63,688 bases of DNA, filler included, from Reticulomyxa filosa (GCA_000512085.1; 15 parts of 15 records of this genome joined end to end with filler, not necessarily neighbours in it); one strand, 5' to 3'; counted from the first letter of the whole stretch, positions 13,201 to 26,871 are shown. Notes: generated by a model not told the origin, from the letters alone. A program made the numbers and translations.

Positions 13201-14988
13201 TTCCTTTGGCGTGATGCTTCAGCAATTACAAGTCCCTTTCGACATTAATGGAAACTCTTTTTCACGCACTATGTATGCTTGCATCGATTTCACTAACACG
13301 TTGTGCAATAACGAAGTGTATCTTCAATGCAAGGCTCCAATCTTTCGATCTTGCTTATGTCGTTGCGACGACGATATCTTGGAAAACGAACGCACGTGTC
13401 GACAGGGCTGTTCCAATGGTCGTCTTACCAATAACTTCAATGAATCTGCTCGCGTTGCCATAATGCGACATGACTGTATTTCGCCCTTTGGATATCAATC
13501 TGTCGTTCCGAAATGTTCAAAAACACTTAAAACATTCTTTGATGACATCGATTGTGAAATACTGGTTCTTGCATCCGATTTGAGATTGTGGAGACAGTTG
13601 AATATCGGCTGCGTTGACTCGGACTTATCCGATGATCGTGTGGAATTGCATCGTCATCCTTATTTTGTCTTTGTTATGGATGATGAGAAATTGTATCCCT
13701 TTCTCTCTGCCGACGAAGAGAAGGACCAATATGATATCGAGCACTGCAAATTCCAAGAGAAATACGCGATTCTTGAAAAAAAATTTAAACACCAACAGTT
13801 TGTTTTTTTTCAATGCAAAACAAGTCAATCTACAAATGTGTGATGTTTCTGTTTGAGAAGGAAGGAGAGTGCGATAATCAATACCAACTCTGATCACCAA
13901 AATGAGGACACAATGGGCGGTTATTTTAGAACTTATCAGCACATGGATACTCGCAAACATCTGGCATTACTGCACGAAGTACACAGCGAATGGCGAGAGA
14001 GAGGCATCAGAAATGAAATGTGCATTGATACACTAATCGATATTTTGCAAGTCAGTCATCAGCTCAGATGTTTTGTGAATATGCTTCACTGCAATTGTCA
14101 CGTTACTTCTCACGACTTTCTTCAATTGTATTGTTATCGTAATGATATATTTCCACATTATATGTTAGACCAGCCTGTTGCTATCACCAAAGCATCCACC
14201 CATATTAAAGGTAATTTGCTCCTCTATTCCTTTTTAACCCAACTTGCTCTGCAGTTTGTTTATTGCTTCCAAATTTCAAACAAAAGGGAGGATATTTGAT
14301 CATCTCATTCAAAGCATCCCCGAACTACTGAGACAAGACCAATATTGGATTAGTCACTGGAATATTCAAGACTCCTATTTCATGGACTCCGCACAGCATT
14401 ATGAACGACTTGTTCAAGATACGAATCAACTCAGGACGGAGAATGACACAGAAAAACAAATCAAAAGCAAGTGCTGCGACTTCTGTGGCTTTGAGTCCTA
14501 CAAAATTCATGAAGTCAGAAAACATTTTGACAGCCCACATCACAAACAGGAACAAGAAAAATACAATCAGCAATGCATTACAGAGATAACAGAGATGTAT
14601 AAAAAAAAATTTGGCCTTAGTGTACTCATGGATGAATTAAGCGAAAAAGAACAATCCTCGAGTGTATGTTCTGCCAATCAAAATTCAGAGTTCAGAATCT
14701 TTTTTCGAAAAACTGCTTTGTTCGTTTTTTGCATCTACATTGATACATCAAACATTTACTTAAAACAGCTGCAGCTCCATAAATGATAAACTTCAACAAT
14801 TTAAATCTCTAGTCGTTGAAAAAATAGAAACAAGAAAAAGAAATCAATTAAGTAAAGGTGAAATCGAAGAACTTTTACAAATGGCCAAGGAATTTTATTG
14901 GCTTTTCAAAAGGGCCCATTGTAAAGATGGAATATTGGATAATGTAAAAAAATGGTGCATATACCTAAAAGAAAAAAAAAAGTATTGA
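10207..14988 (+). CDS. Divergent eukaryotic RNA-dependent RNA polymerase (RDR)-like protein with degenerate active site and C-terminal C2H2 (matrin/U1-type) zinc finger; 3 introns, up to 5 frame breaks
   Basis: RDR-like blocks in the correct order: LLVYFD..MLTHGIEIHAKTYRPF, SAMIHVAIAGVHCLL, LFINRN, RTMYACIDFTNTLCNNEVYLQ, VAIMRHDCISP, SDLSDD..YFVFVMDDEKL, FPHYM..KGRIFD. Zinc finger CDFCG..HFDSPHH. Introns 13798-13860, 14211-14286, 14690-14768. Confidence 0.7.
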
Positions 14989-15399
14989 CAATGTAACACA
15001 TACACAAGTAACTTTTTCGCTTGTATTCAATTTTATTTGGAGTTTTAACGTGAATAACGTGGAAATTGGTGCATCTATAGAACACCAATGCACTCAATTT
15101 GACTGTCAAATACATCATATATAGAATAAGACAAAAAATTACAGGTAAATGATACTTTACAAAGATAACTGACTTTTCTTAATGAAATATTTAAAAATAT
15201 CCACAAATAAATAATGTATTTAAACTGTTCTAAATTTTCAAATTTAATCCTTTTTGTAATCCATCTTTTTATTAAACAAATTTTATTTTTAATCGCATTT
15301 GATTGTTTACATTTATTTATTTGCATTTCATTGCCAGTTTTGCTTTTAAGTAAAATTGATCGACCATTTTTATGCAAGGCAGTGTTATATTAAGACAGC

Positions 15400-17100
15400 A
15401 AAGAACATTTGACAGACAATTTTCATATGAAAAATTCTAACATAACAAATAATGAAAAAAACTATCAGCGATATATCTATTGAAAAGAAATAGTCTACTA
15501 TCAAGCATTGATTAGATGAAAAATAATATAGAATATTTCTTGTTTTATTTCATTGAAATGATAGAAAGATTCAAAAGATTACAGATAGTAGATTAATTAT
15601 CACACGGACAGATAAATTATGAATATTATATTGCATGAGCGAAGCTGAATTGAATAACCAAATTTTTTTAGATGAGATAATGTTATTATTGAATTCCAAA
15701 AAGAAGAAAATATCACAAACAAGCAAATCAACCACTAGGAATAGTAAAAAAATTACTAATTGAATTACATTTTGTGAAGAAGCAACGTTTTTGAAAGTTT
15801 TGAAAATCGATATAGAAATTTCGAAACGAGAATAATCAAGAAATTGCAACAATAGATAGTGTGCACTACATTAGGAAATGTTCTAATATTTCTTATTCAT
15901 ATAGTATTTGATCTTTTATCTTGTACCAATAGTTTACTGTAATGACACTGCATACAAATTCGCGCTAGTGCACCTCCAATCGATGTAACGCTTTTTTTAG
16001 CATACAAAGAATGTTATAAGTTGAAAAGAAAGTAAACAAGCACATCACTCACACTTGAATACAGTACTAAGTAATACAATATGTTACAAAAGTAGCAAAC
16101 AAACGACAACCGAAGCTTCAATTTGAAGCTATAATTTTGGTCAGAATTATTTTGGACGATAAAAAAAGTATTGTTTAAATAATTTAAAAAGAGTTCAATG
16201 TCCTTCAAAGCTTTTGGTGGTTATTAATAACTTTTGTCTATCTTCTGTGGAGCTAAGAGGGAATCAAAGGATCACTTGGGATGCACTAAGACTGTTCGAT
16301 AAATCAGTAAACAGTGACGTCGGATGCTTGATGGAAAATATTCATTAAATTACAAGAGTACAATCAGCAGTTAATTATAATCAATCACAATAAATTCAAA
16401 CAAAAACATTTTCAACTTAGCTGAAAAATTGTTTTTGAAGGGAATTGAAATTTTCACAGCAGTACACTTGGACATCTGTTAAGATCTAAAGGTTATTTTG
16501 ATATTTGGACATTGGATATTTCAAAATTTTGTTAAATTTTGGACATCTTGGAATTTGGGTTGTCTGAAGACATTTCTGATAATTTGGTATTGTTTTATAA
16601 CTGTACTCATTTGGAAAAATATTGGAATTGAATTTGTTTATTTGTGATATTTATTGGAGAAAAAGGCCAAATAGCACAAAAAAGACGAATAAACAGTTCA
16701 CAATATTTGGAAAACGTTTACAATAATTTTGTATTGATATTGCAAGAACATCGAGATAACAAGTTGGAAATTTCAGAAATTTCTGGATTTTGAAATATGG
16801 AAAATATGTGAGACTATAGTAAATCACTTAGCGAACAACAAAGAGAAGAAGATATTGACAAGAATCAAGCATTTATCAAAAGCACACAATCAATAACAAG
16901 CGAAAAAACATATTTCAAGTTTTGATTAAACATTAAAATATCAAAAAAAATAAATCAAACCTCAAAGGTGGTAAGTTGAGACCAATCAACTGTTGTGAAA
17001 AAAATTTTAGATATTCACTGTGGATCATCTGAAGGAGTCCTGTTGTTTTCGAATTGTTGAGTTCTAATCAAATATTGAAATTTAAAAATAATTTTATTTT
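15400..17100 (+). pseudogene. Heavily decayed coding-like remnant, family uncertain (possibly NACHT/WD40-type)
   Basis: Short protein-like stretches (e.g. IIYCMSEAELNNQIFLDEIMLLLN) broken by many stops; no intact ORF. Confidence 0.25.
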
Positions 17101-17175
17101 AACATACTTCATTATTAATATTAACTTTTGCAAAAAAAGTTGTATTTTGAAGGAGATTGAAGACAGAAGCAACTA

Positions 17176-18253
17176 CAGTTGCGACAAAAAAAAATTAGCT
17201 AATCCTAAAATATGAACTTTTTGTGTTTCTAACGAAAATTAGTAGCAAACTGTGATTATTTTTTCTGGTTTACTGGATATACGTTTACACTTTTATAAGT
17301 AGTTTGTAAAAACAATAAACAAAAATTTAGAAAAGTTGTTGTAAGAAAAAAATTTTCAAAAATGATTGTAATTGATGCAAAATCTCCGCATCACCTTGAG
17401 GTAAGTATCAGAATGTATTTGCTTTTTACAAAATTATTTATAAGAAGAAGCTTCCACAGTATATATATAATAACTACAGTTACAAACAAATAAAGACAAG
17501 CAAAAAACACAACAAAAATTATTAATATTTCGTATTACCACCCATTGCTTTGATCAAAGCTTTTATCATAAACTTTTTATTGCGCTTAGTTAACAGATGC
17601 TTTTTGATAAGTATGCGACCATTTAAACACTGATTTTAAAATATTCTTTACAGTGATCACGGGGAACGCTCTTTTATATGCTCGTGCAAGTAGTATATGC
17701 AACTCTACCGCTGTTTGTGTCTATACAGAGTAAATTAAGCGAATCTATATCAGTCCAAGTTTTATGACATCTAGAGCCTCTTTTGTTTGTAATCGTTCTA
17801 CTGTTGATGATGCTGATGTAAACTTTTTTTGATGTGTCATGACTTATCACAAATTGCTGGCCAGCCTCACGATATGACATTTAAATAAGTATTCTTTCAA
17901 ATAAAATTACTTGTTATATTCCGGACAGCTTGTGAGTCATGACTAGAAGCCAAAGAATAACAATAAAAACAAAAAACTTGTTGTAATGTTGAAAAAGAAA
18001 AGTTTAGATGGAAAATTGTGACCTCAACTAAAGCAAGTCCAACAGTAAAACTACCACCTTACAATCATTTTTGAAAATTTTTTCTTACAACAACTTTTCT
18101 AAATTTTTGTTTATTGTTTTTACAAACTACTTATAAAAGTGTAAACGTATATCCAGTAAACCAGAAAAAAAATCACAATTTGCTACTAAAATTTTTGTTA
18201 GAAATACAAAAAGTTCATATTTTAGATTTGTCCAATTTTTTTTGTCGCAACTG
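17176..18253 (-). mobile_element. Non-autonomous Tc1-family transposon (1078 bp; ~195 bp TIRs; TA target-site duplication)
   Basis: TA|CAGTTGCGAC...GTCGCAACTG|TA; 17176-17371 is the near reverse complement of 18059-18253. Minus-strand remnants MSYREAGQQFVISHDT..NKRGSRCHKT and NGRILIKKHLLTKRNKK resemble Tc1 DNA-binding regions. Confidence 0.9.
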
Positions 18254-19297
18254 TATTATCCTTAAATGCTTATTTATTACTATATTGACTTTTTTATTAT
18301 TTTTACAAACAGCTAATATTCTTTGTATAGTAAGTGATAAATAACAAATGATTGTTGCTTTCACCAATCACTGCACTCACTACAGTATAATCGTTGAAAA
18401 TTTAAGATTTTTCACATTGTTTTTCAGATGAAAATGAAGTACTTGTTAAACATGCTATTTTGATGATTTGACACCTTATTCTTTTTTGTTGACAAAAAAA
18501 AAAGAATTTTCTTTACTTGAAATATCCACAATCAAATGGAATTATTTTCATAAAAACCTTAATTGTATAAAATTGTTAATTCAAAACCTGTTTGTAGAAA
18601 AATTTTCATTGATTATAAATGTCTTCAATTACTTCGCAAAAAAAAATATTTTAAATTAAATTTAAAAGTTTATTTTAATAACTAAATTATCTTGATAAAA
18701 AAATAAAGCAGTTGTTATTTTTGCTAAATTATCATACAATGCAAATTAACAATATAATTTTACTTAGATTTGTCAACGAATAAAATGTAACAATGATTGT
18801 CAGTTTTATTGTTAATGCTTTTAATTAACAATCTTTTCCCTTTATTAATAAAAAAAAATCTTAAAGTCATTATATTACCTTATTTACGATGTTCAATAAA
18901 CAAAAAAGATTATGTTGATGACAACATATTACAAATCCAGTTGCAGTTATGAAGAAAAATATGCTTGTATTTAGTTTATATCTTTTCAATGTTGTCTATA
19001 TCTCATTTTTTTTGTGTAGAGATTTTTCACAAAATCCTTTTTTTCCTGTTTGTTAATCTGTTTTAACTCTGTTGTGATGTTTTAAATTATTTTGGCAAAT
19101 TTTATATTCGTCGTCACAGTGTATATCCAATTCTTATCAATATATTTTGCTTTAAAAGTTGAAACTCTGCCTTTAATGTTTATTTCCGATCGCGCAATGA
19201 AAGACTCTTCCTTTTTAATAGTGACTTGAACAACAAATATGGCTCCTTGTTTTTTTGACGGTTGAATAATCGAGAAGAACAACGAATAATTAAAAAA

Positions 19298-19783
19298 ATG
19301 AAAAATAGTTTGCCAAGGAAAGTGACAGCAGTAACAGCAATAATTCTCCATCAGTCTTCGTCAAAATTATTTCGGACTAATAAACTGTCTCACAGTAATG
19401 TACAGTTTATGATAGGCCAAAGAGGGAAAGAGGAAAAGCATCCGTTAGTATGGGAACTCCCAGGAGGTAAAATCGAGCCTAATGAGACCGAAACGGGCGC
19501 ATTAGCGCGGGAATTAAAAGAAGAATTAGGAAATGACTTTGATTTCAAAATTTGGCACAAATTGAAAACTTGTCATTATTTTTATGAAGATCTCAATTTT
19601 TACTTGACTTTGCATGGATATTTGGCCACACATGAAGGCGGTAGCATTGTGTTGACGAAAGCCCATGAGCAGTACCAATGGTTTACGCTTGAACAAGCGT
19701 GGCAAATGAAAGACAAAATTTCGCCTCCAGACGTTGAATTGTTGCAGTTTATGAAAGATTCCCCCTTTTGGAAGCTCGCTTAA
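19298..19783 (+). CDS. Nudix hydrolase, MutT/NudG-like
   Basis: Nudix box WELPGGKIEPNETETGALARELKEELG, plus HEQYQW and PPD motifs; intronless. Confidence 0.9.
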   Translation: MKNSLPRKVTAVTAIILHQSSSKLFRTNKLSHSNVQFMIGQRGKEEKHPLVWELPGGKIEPNETETGALARELKEELGNDFDFKIWHKLKTCHYFYEDLNFYLTLHGYLATHEGGSIVLTKAHEQYQWFTLEQAWQMKDKISPPDVELLQFMKDSPFWKLA

Positions 19784-20251
19784 TTAATTGTGTTATAAGT
19801 TTGCATTTTTTGGTTCTTTTTTACTAGTATTGTCCTAATAACAGTTTACCTTTGGTCAATTGTAATTATTTTTTTTCCCCCTCTCCGAGGAAAGGGTGCA
19901 AGACAGTCAAATTTTTTGTACACAATTGTTGGTCAATGACTGATATGAAAAACGTACGTAGTCTCTAAGGCCCGAATTGAAAAATGAAAAGTATAATTAG
20001 TTCAATATTGGATTTGGAGAGAGAGAAGGGGGGAGGAAAAAAAGGATTTGGAATGAACACAATAACTGTTACGTACTTGTGAGCAGATAGTGACAGTCAG
20101 GGCGTCACCATTATCAAATAGTTGGACTCGTTTTGGGGGATTTTTTTTTGTTAATATAATTTTGATGATCTTGACGAAGGAGGGGTGCAGTTCGGGAAGA
20201 TGACAAAAAAAGACAACCAAACAAACAAACGAAATAATAAGCAAAGAATCG

Positions 20252-20351
20252 NNNNNNNNNNNNNNNNNNNNNNNNNNNNNNNNNNNNNNNNNNNNTTAAT
20301 TAATTAANNNNNNNNNNNNNNNNNNNNNNNNNNNNNNNNNNNNNNNNNNNN
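20252..20351. other. Artificial contig spacer N44-TTAATTAATTAA-N44. It recurs at ~22904, 25710, 27202, 29311, 30619, 34087, 38050, 41393, 42956, 44056, 46124, 57458 and 62041.
   Basis: Identical 100 nt N-padded linker with stop codons in all six frames, 14 copies. Confidence 0.98.
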
Positions 20352-20359
20352 TTCTTTGC

Positions 20360-22590
20360 TTGTATTTGAATGGATGGGTTGAACTATTGGGGGGGAATAT
20401 AGATTATATAATTCTGGAAAGAAAGAAATGGTTTGGACGCTCGAAACTCCAAAAACATTTGAGAGTGACGTCCTCGACTATGCCTTCGAAGGAAATGCAA
20501 AACGAAGGGAGTGACACACCATTTTCGATGTACTTCGAATATGAGGATAAAGCCATTGGAGGTAAGGTAGCCCCGGTGAATAGCAGCAAGCCTCTAATCA
20601 GACTCCAAATATGACGTTTCATTTGACCAGGAAATTACTATTTACTTGCCGTTGGGACAGAATATCGTTAGGTTGAAATTAATGGCTAATCAGATACACA
20701 TGGTCTTCAAATTTCAATGCTATGAGCCTCTGAACATCTTTTGGCCAAATCATGTGGATGTTAATACGGACAACATCAAGTCCGTTTTTGCAAAAAAAAT
20801 GAAAGAACTGGTATTAAGATGCAGAATTAAATAAGTGACTTTTTTCGACAGATGGCAAATGGTTACTATATCGACAATTGCATATTTATTTAAAATAAAA
20901 GAAAAAAGCTAATTTTGTTGGTTGTTGTTTGGTTTAAGCTAGCTTTCAATACTAATATAAAATCGAAACCCAACAAAAATTCGCTTAACTTTAGTATTTT
21001 TAAAACAATTTTATTAACCAAAAAATCACGATCAATAAAATACAGCAATTCCAAGCCTAATTTTCTTTTAAAATGCAAATTGAAATTACAACCAAAAAAA
21101 TGTTAACATATATAATTAAGTTCTATTAACTATGAGCATTTTGATAGAAAAGGAATATATTGAAGATTTTTCAAATTCAGAAACGTTAGCAAACAGTTTT
21201 GTTGTCAGTACTTAAGGACAACAAAATTCCCTTTTTCTTTTTCAAAGAAAATGTCAAGAATAAGATCCAGTCCTTCATACAATTTTTTAAGTTGCCCAAC
21301 CTCAGAAAAAGAAAAAGCATTTTTCAAAAGCTTATTGGAAGAGTGTTTCTCCTCTTTGATCCCTCTTCTAAAAGTAAAGACGACACAGAGACCTTCAGTG
21401 AGAATGAGCCAGAGCAAACACTATCTGAAGTATGTCCAAGAATACTTGCGAATGGCTCGTGAGGTAACGATAGATAAGGAGTATTTGGACTACTTGAATC
21501 ACTATGAGACATTTTACATATGTAACATGACAGACAATCTCCAGTATTGGATGATTGTTGTTGAAAAGGAGTCATTTGTTGTATGTTGCGAAAACGGCGG
21601 ATTGCCATCACATAGCACTTTATCGTCGCTTCAGTTTTTCAAAGTCACACATCACAACATGGCCTCAATTTGTTTGAATACCGCCAAGTCGATGATGGTT
21701 CATACAGCAGAGCCAATATCGTGAGTTCTGATGGAGCTCCTATCACAAATTTATTTGAAACATCAAAAAAAAAAAGCAGTGCAGCGATATTGGAATGCAC
21801 TTTATGGAGTCTTTTTATGGACACGACTTTTTGACCGAAGATGTACTTATGTACAGTGGTAAGTTATTGTTGAACGAGACGTTGCTCCAACAGCAAATTG
21901 TAAAGACATTTCGGAGATTGAAAATGCAACAGTGAAAAGGATAAAATCAAAACACGCACAGCAAATTCTCATTTGACTTTGGAGGGAAAAGTATTACGGC
22001 AAAAACGTTGGCACCGCGGATGAAAGGGGAAACAGATATTTAGAAAAATTTTTGGAACAGTTTCGTTTTTTCCAAAGAAAAAGGGAAATATTTTTTAGAG
22101 ATAGTTCGACCATATCATTAATTTTTTTTTTGATAAAAAAAAGATTAATAATCAATTTTTTTTTTTTTTTGATAAAAAAAAATAATAACAAAAATTTTTT
22201 TTTTTAAAAAAAAAAAAAAGGTAAATTAATGAACACTATTGTTGTGGTGCCATGATTCGCACCCAATTGCAAAAAATTTTTTTGCTAAATGGAACTTTCC
22301 GGAAACCTTTTTTGCGCAAAGATCCCAGTGTATTTGAATTATACACACAATCGACTTCGGCGCTGTGCTTGTATTGCCGATCAGATATATTGCACGTACA
22401 CGACTTTTAAGGCATGTCTTGCGCCGGGATCATGGAATGAACTGCAGAAAAATAATAACAATGTCATTCATCACGATGCGTACGTCCACCATTGTTGAAG
22501 CTGTTCGGGCTTGTGGTAACACCTTCAAAAGCGCTGGTAAAAGTGAACTGAAACTTGTATTTGGAGGCAAAGTTCATGAATGTTAAAAAA
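20360..22590 (+). pseudogene. Probable pseudogene of unknown family
   Basis: Protein-like frames (21251-21724; FSFDFGGKSITAKTLAPRMKG; ELSGNLFCAKIPVYLNY) interrupted by several in-frame stops and shifts. Confidence 0.35.
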
Positions 22591-23029
22591 AATATTGACG
22601 AAAAAACATTTAAGCCCATGCCACCACAAAACCTGGCCATAACATACAAAAGAATGTCCAGCTTAAATCTTTTCAATTGTTTTCCAAAACACTTTTGCTT
22701 TTTTTTTTTAACTAACTTGAATAACTGTTATTATAGTGAGCCTTTAAGAATTAAAAAAAATTCTGGATGAAAACACGTGTTCTCGTACATGTTTGTGATA
22801 CAAAAACACTTCCAATCCTCTTCTTTTTCTTTCTCGCTATTATCTTCTTGCTCCTTCTGTCATACGTATTCTTTCTTGTCATCTACTCCTAATCGAAGTC
22901 TTTNNNNNNNNNNNNNNNNNNNNNNNNNNNNNNNNNNNNNNNNNNNNTTAATTAATTAANNNNNNNNNNNNNNNNNNNNNNNNNNNNNNNNNNNNNNNNN
23001 NNNTTTTTTTTTTGTTTAAAAAAAATGAA

Positions 23030-24942
23030 ACTCTTGTGATGTGGTCTGTTCGTTGGGATCAACCATGACACGCTTCTTTCGATTGCGGTGATCGTCTTGG
23101 GCTGTCGGAACCAACACGTAAAAATCGCTGGGTTGGTTGGACTGTGGCAGCGATTGGGAACCAATAGGGTTGACGACATTGCTGAGATTGGAAGCAGAGG
23201 AGGAGTTGTCAATGTTGTAGCTTTGCTCGAAAATGACCGCTTGGTGCTTGGAGTTGATCATGTACCGACAGTCTTGGACCGGAGGAGGGGGCAATTGTTC
23301 CAAGCTCTTTTGCTGGCGTATAATACGTGATATCCTCTCATGTTCCGACAGCGAGGTCGACACCACACGTGTGCGGTCACGAATTGTCAGCTGTTCTCGT
23401 AATATACAAGCGCCCCAGCGTTCTGCAAAGCTATGTTCCCATCTGATGTTTTACCCCCCCCCCCCCACCCAAAAAAAAACAAAAAAAAATAATAATAACT
23501 CTTAAATTGTTTTAATTCAACTTTTGTTTTCACTTCAATTCTAACAAACACAACATATGTCACTCCACAAGGTGTCTCAACTCTTTAACGAGTGCAACTG
23601 AAAGACGACGCCGACACAGTGGGACCAACGACAAAAGAAATGCCACACACGAAACACTTGTGCCGCTATCACGTGCAAGTCTTGTCCAATGTGATAGCAC
23701 AACGATCGTCCAGAATTTTTTTTTTACTTTCTTTCTGTTGTATGCATATGTATATAAATATATACACATATATATGTGTGTAGATATATTTTTTATTCAT
23801 ATATGTTTATGTACATGTACATATACATATATATATATATATATATATGTATGTACACAAATGGAATACACATAAGCATACTGTGAAGCGATGCTTGATT
23901 TCACTTATCAAATGAGAGTATTTCCATCGCAACCCTTTGGCACTTGCGGAAATAGACACATTTATACACACAAAACGTTCTTTTTTTTTTTTTTTTTTTT
24001 TGGGAAAGGGACGGGGAGATGTGCTTCTCTTCCATGAAGCACGCGAAAGAGAAAACACATGATACGTAACAGCAGAGGGGGCTGTGGGGTGTTTGTTGCG
24101 ACAATATCGGCAGTGGGAGCTTGGTTCTTGTATTGCATCTGTCCATTATGTCTCTCTTCTTTTTTCTCTTCCTCTGCTGCTGTTTCTTCTTCTTTTTGTC
24201 CTTGTCTCTCTTCCTCTTGTTCATCCGTTGCATCGGCAGAGATGTATTTCAATCGCTCGGGTAAGTCAATGGGGGGAATGGGGTACAACTCATCGAATTC
24301 GCCGCCCAAGTCAGAGACGGACTCGGGGTCCATATACTCCACTACATAGCGATGGACCAGCTGTTGAATAATATGTGCAATTGCATTGGCAATTTTTTGC
24401 GTACAACCAACAACACACAAAACAAACAAACGAACAAACTGCTTGCAGTGTCTCATAAGTTTTCATGAGTGATGACACATAAAAGACGTGATGGTCATTT
24501 GCCTTTTCCCACTGTTGTCTCGATAGTGGTGCCACATCTATCAAATCATGAAACAACACTTCAGCAAATGAAGAGACGCCCAATATGGGTTCTTCTGTTT
24601 TGCTGTCCGTCTGGACTCCGTCTTTCCTTCTTCTATTCCATAATGTAAATAAAAACATTTATATGTATTTATATATATACATATATATACATATATATGT
24701 AATCACATATCCGATAAGGACATACGAAATCGAAAACAAAAACATTACTTTTTTGACTTTTTTCCCGAGCTGGACCGAGGTGAATCTTCCCAGTTGTCTG
24801 TCCTATCATTACTCCGATCGGTTTTGTCTTGGCCATTATGATAATTCCCCTGTCAAGGTCAAATTTTTAAAAAAAAAAAAAAAAACAAGGAAACAATAAA
24901 TTTCCCAATCCCTTCAATTTTTTTATTTTATTATTCTTTCAA

Positions 24943-24975
<33 letters not shown>

Positions 24976-25560
24976 AAACAAAAACAAAACAAAAAAGAAA
25001 TGGCCAGACACACAAAATGGTAAGTTCAGGCAAAAACTGTTTGCGGTAGTGATAGCACAGAATGGGAACCCCCAGTGCGTGCAGCAGGGCCGCGGATGGG
25101 TATGGGCGCAATGAATTTGAAGTTGATAAGTTCGCCATGAATCATGGCATTCAACAGACAGAAATGAGCAGCTGAAAATGTGACCGGATAAATTGCGTGG
25201 ACCCCATTTTGGCAGTCCTCCATACATAACGTCGTCGAATCGACAATGCTAAACTCGGACAAGCTGGGAATACCCTTGGTTTTGTACCTTTTTATATATA
25301 TACAAATATAAATATGAATAAAAAAATAAATATTTTTTTACATTTATAGTTATAGTTATATGCATATACATATGTACATATATATTGTTGCATAGGCATT
25401 AAATGGATTCGCATCTCAAATTTCTTTTCTCCTTTTCAAAGATCAAAAAAAAAGAACTCAACTCATTTGCGTGCAATTCTGCAAACACCAATTCGATGTC
25501 AACATATACTGCGATAGGCTATCATTTTTCCACAAAAAAAAACAAAAACAACTTATTGTG
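23030..25560 (-). CDS. Multi-exon hypothetical protein, truncated at both contig ends
   Basis: Higher-GC exon blocks (25020-25280, 24750-24850, 24430-24630, 24070-24390, 23880-23960, 23560-23720, 23030-23440) separated by (TA)n/poly-A introns; family not recognised. Confidence 0.55.
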
Positions 25561-25663
25561 CATTTTCGAGATAGATTTATGTATACATATATATGTATAT
25601 ATTATACATACAAATAGATGATAAAATATGGATCTGCATTTTTGTTAGTTGTCCACATCCAAT

Positions 25664-25709
<46 letters not shown>

Positions 25710-25809
25710 NNNNNNNNNNNNNNNNNNNNNNNNNNNNNNNNNNNNNNNNNNNNTTAATTAATTAANNNNNNNNNNNNNNNNNNNNNNNNNNNNNNNNNNN
25801 NNNNNNNNN

Positions 25810-26357
25810 CCTGGGGCGCTATCGCCGGCTTCTTCGGCGGCAAGGTCGACGCGCTGATGATGCGTATCGTCGATGTACTGTACGCGCTGCCGTTCATGCT
25901 GTTCGCTATCCTGCTGATGACCTTCTTTGGCCGTGACCTGTACCTGATGTTCGTGGCACTGGGGGCGATCTCTTGGCTGGACATGGCGCGTATCGTGCGT
26001 GGCCAGACCCTGTCGCTGAAGTCTAAGGAATTCGTCGAGGCAGCGCACGCCATTGGTGTGTCGCAGTTCTCCATCATTTTCCGTCACATCGTGCCCAACC
26101 TGCTGGGCATCGTGGTGGTGTACGCCACCATCACCATTCCGGGTGTGATCATGACCGAATCGGTACTGTCGTTCCTGGGTCTGGGCGTGCAAGAGCCCAA
26201 TACCAGCTGGGGTGTACTGGTACAGGAAGGCCAGAAAGTCATGGAAAGCCAGCCGTGGATGCTGCTGGTGCCGGGCATTTTCCTGTCGGTGACCCTGTAC
26301 TGTGCCAACTATGTCGGTGACGGCCTGCGCGATGCGCTGGACCCGAAAGATCGCTAA
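25810..26357 (+). CDS. oppC: Bacterial oligopeptide ABC transporter permease, 5'-truncated
   Basis: WLDMARIVRGQTLSLKSKEFVEAAHAIG (EAA loop), FRHIVPN, ESVLSFLGLGVQEP..SWG, GDGLRDALDPKDR; GC-rich, no introns. Confidence 0.93.
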
Positions 26358-26372
26358 CCCGGGGAGGACGAC

Positions 26373-26827
26373 ATGTCTTTGCTTCAAGTAAAAAACCTCG
26401 GTGTGAGCTTTGCCACGCACGATGGTGTAGTGAATGCCGTAAACGGCGTCAATTTCGAACTGGATCGCGGCCAGACCCTCGGTATCGTGGGCGAATCCGG
26501 CTCCGGCAAGAGCCAGTCGGTACTGGCCATGATGGGCTTGCTGGCCAAGACGGCCGCCCAGCGGTGAGGCGCTGTACAAGGGCCAGAACCTGCTGACCAT
26601 GAGCGCCAGCCAGCTCAACGGCATCCGCGGTGATCGTCTGTCGATGATCTTCCAAGACCCGATGACCTCGCTGAACCCCTACCTGACGGTAGAGCGCCAG
26701 ATGACCGAAGTGCTGGAACTGCACAAGGGCATGACCCGCAAGCAGGCCAAGAAGCGCGCCATCGAGCTGCTGGAAGCGGTACGCATTCCCGAGGCGGCCC
26801 GCCGCGTCGACATGTACCCGCACGAGT

Positions 26828-26871
<44 letters not shown>

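Noticed and set aside
20296-20307. Recurrent TTAATTAATTAA palindrome as a biological repeat or CRISPR-like array
   Set aside because: It is always embedded in N-padding and is a six-frame-stop linker.
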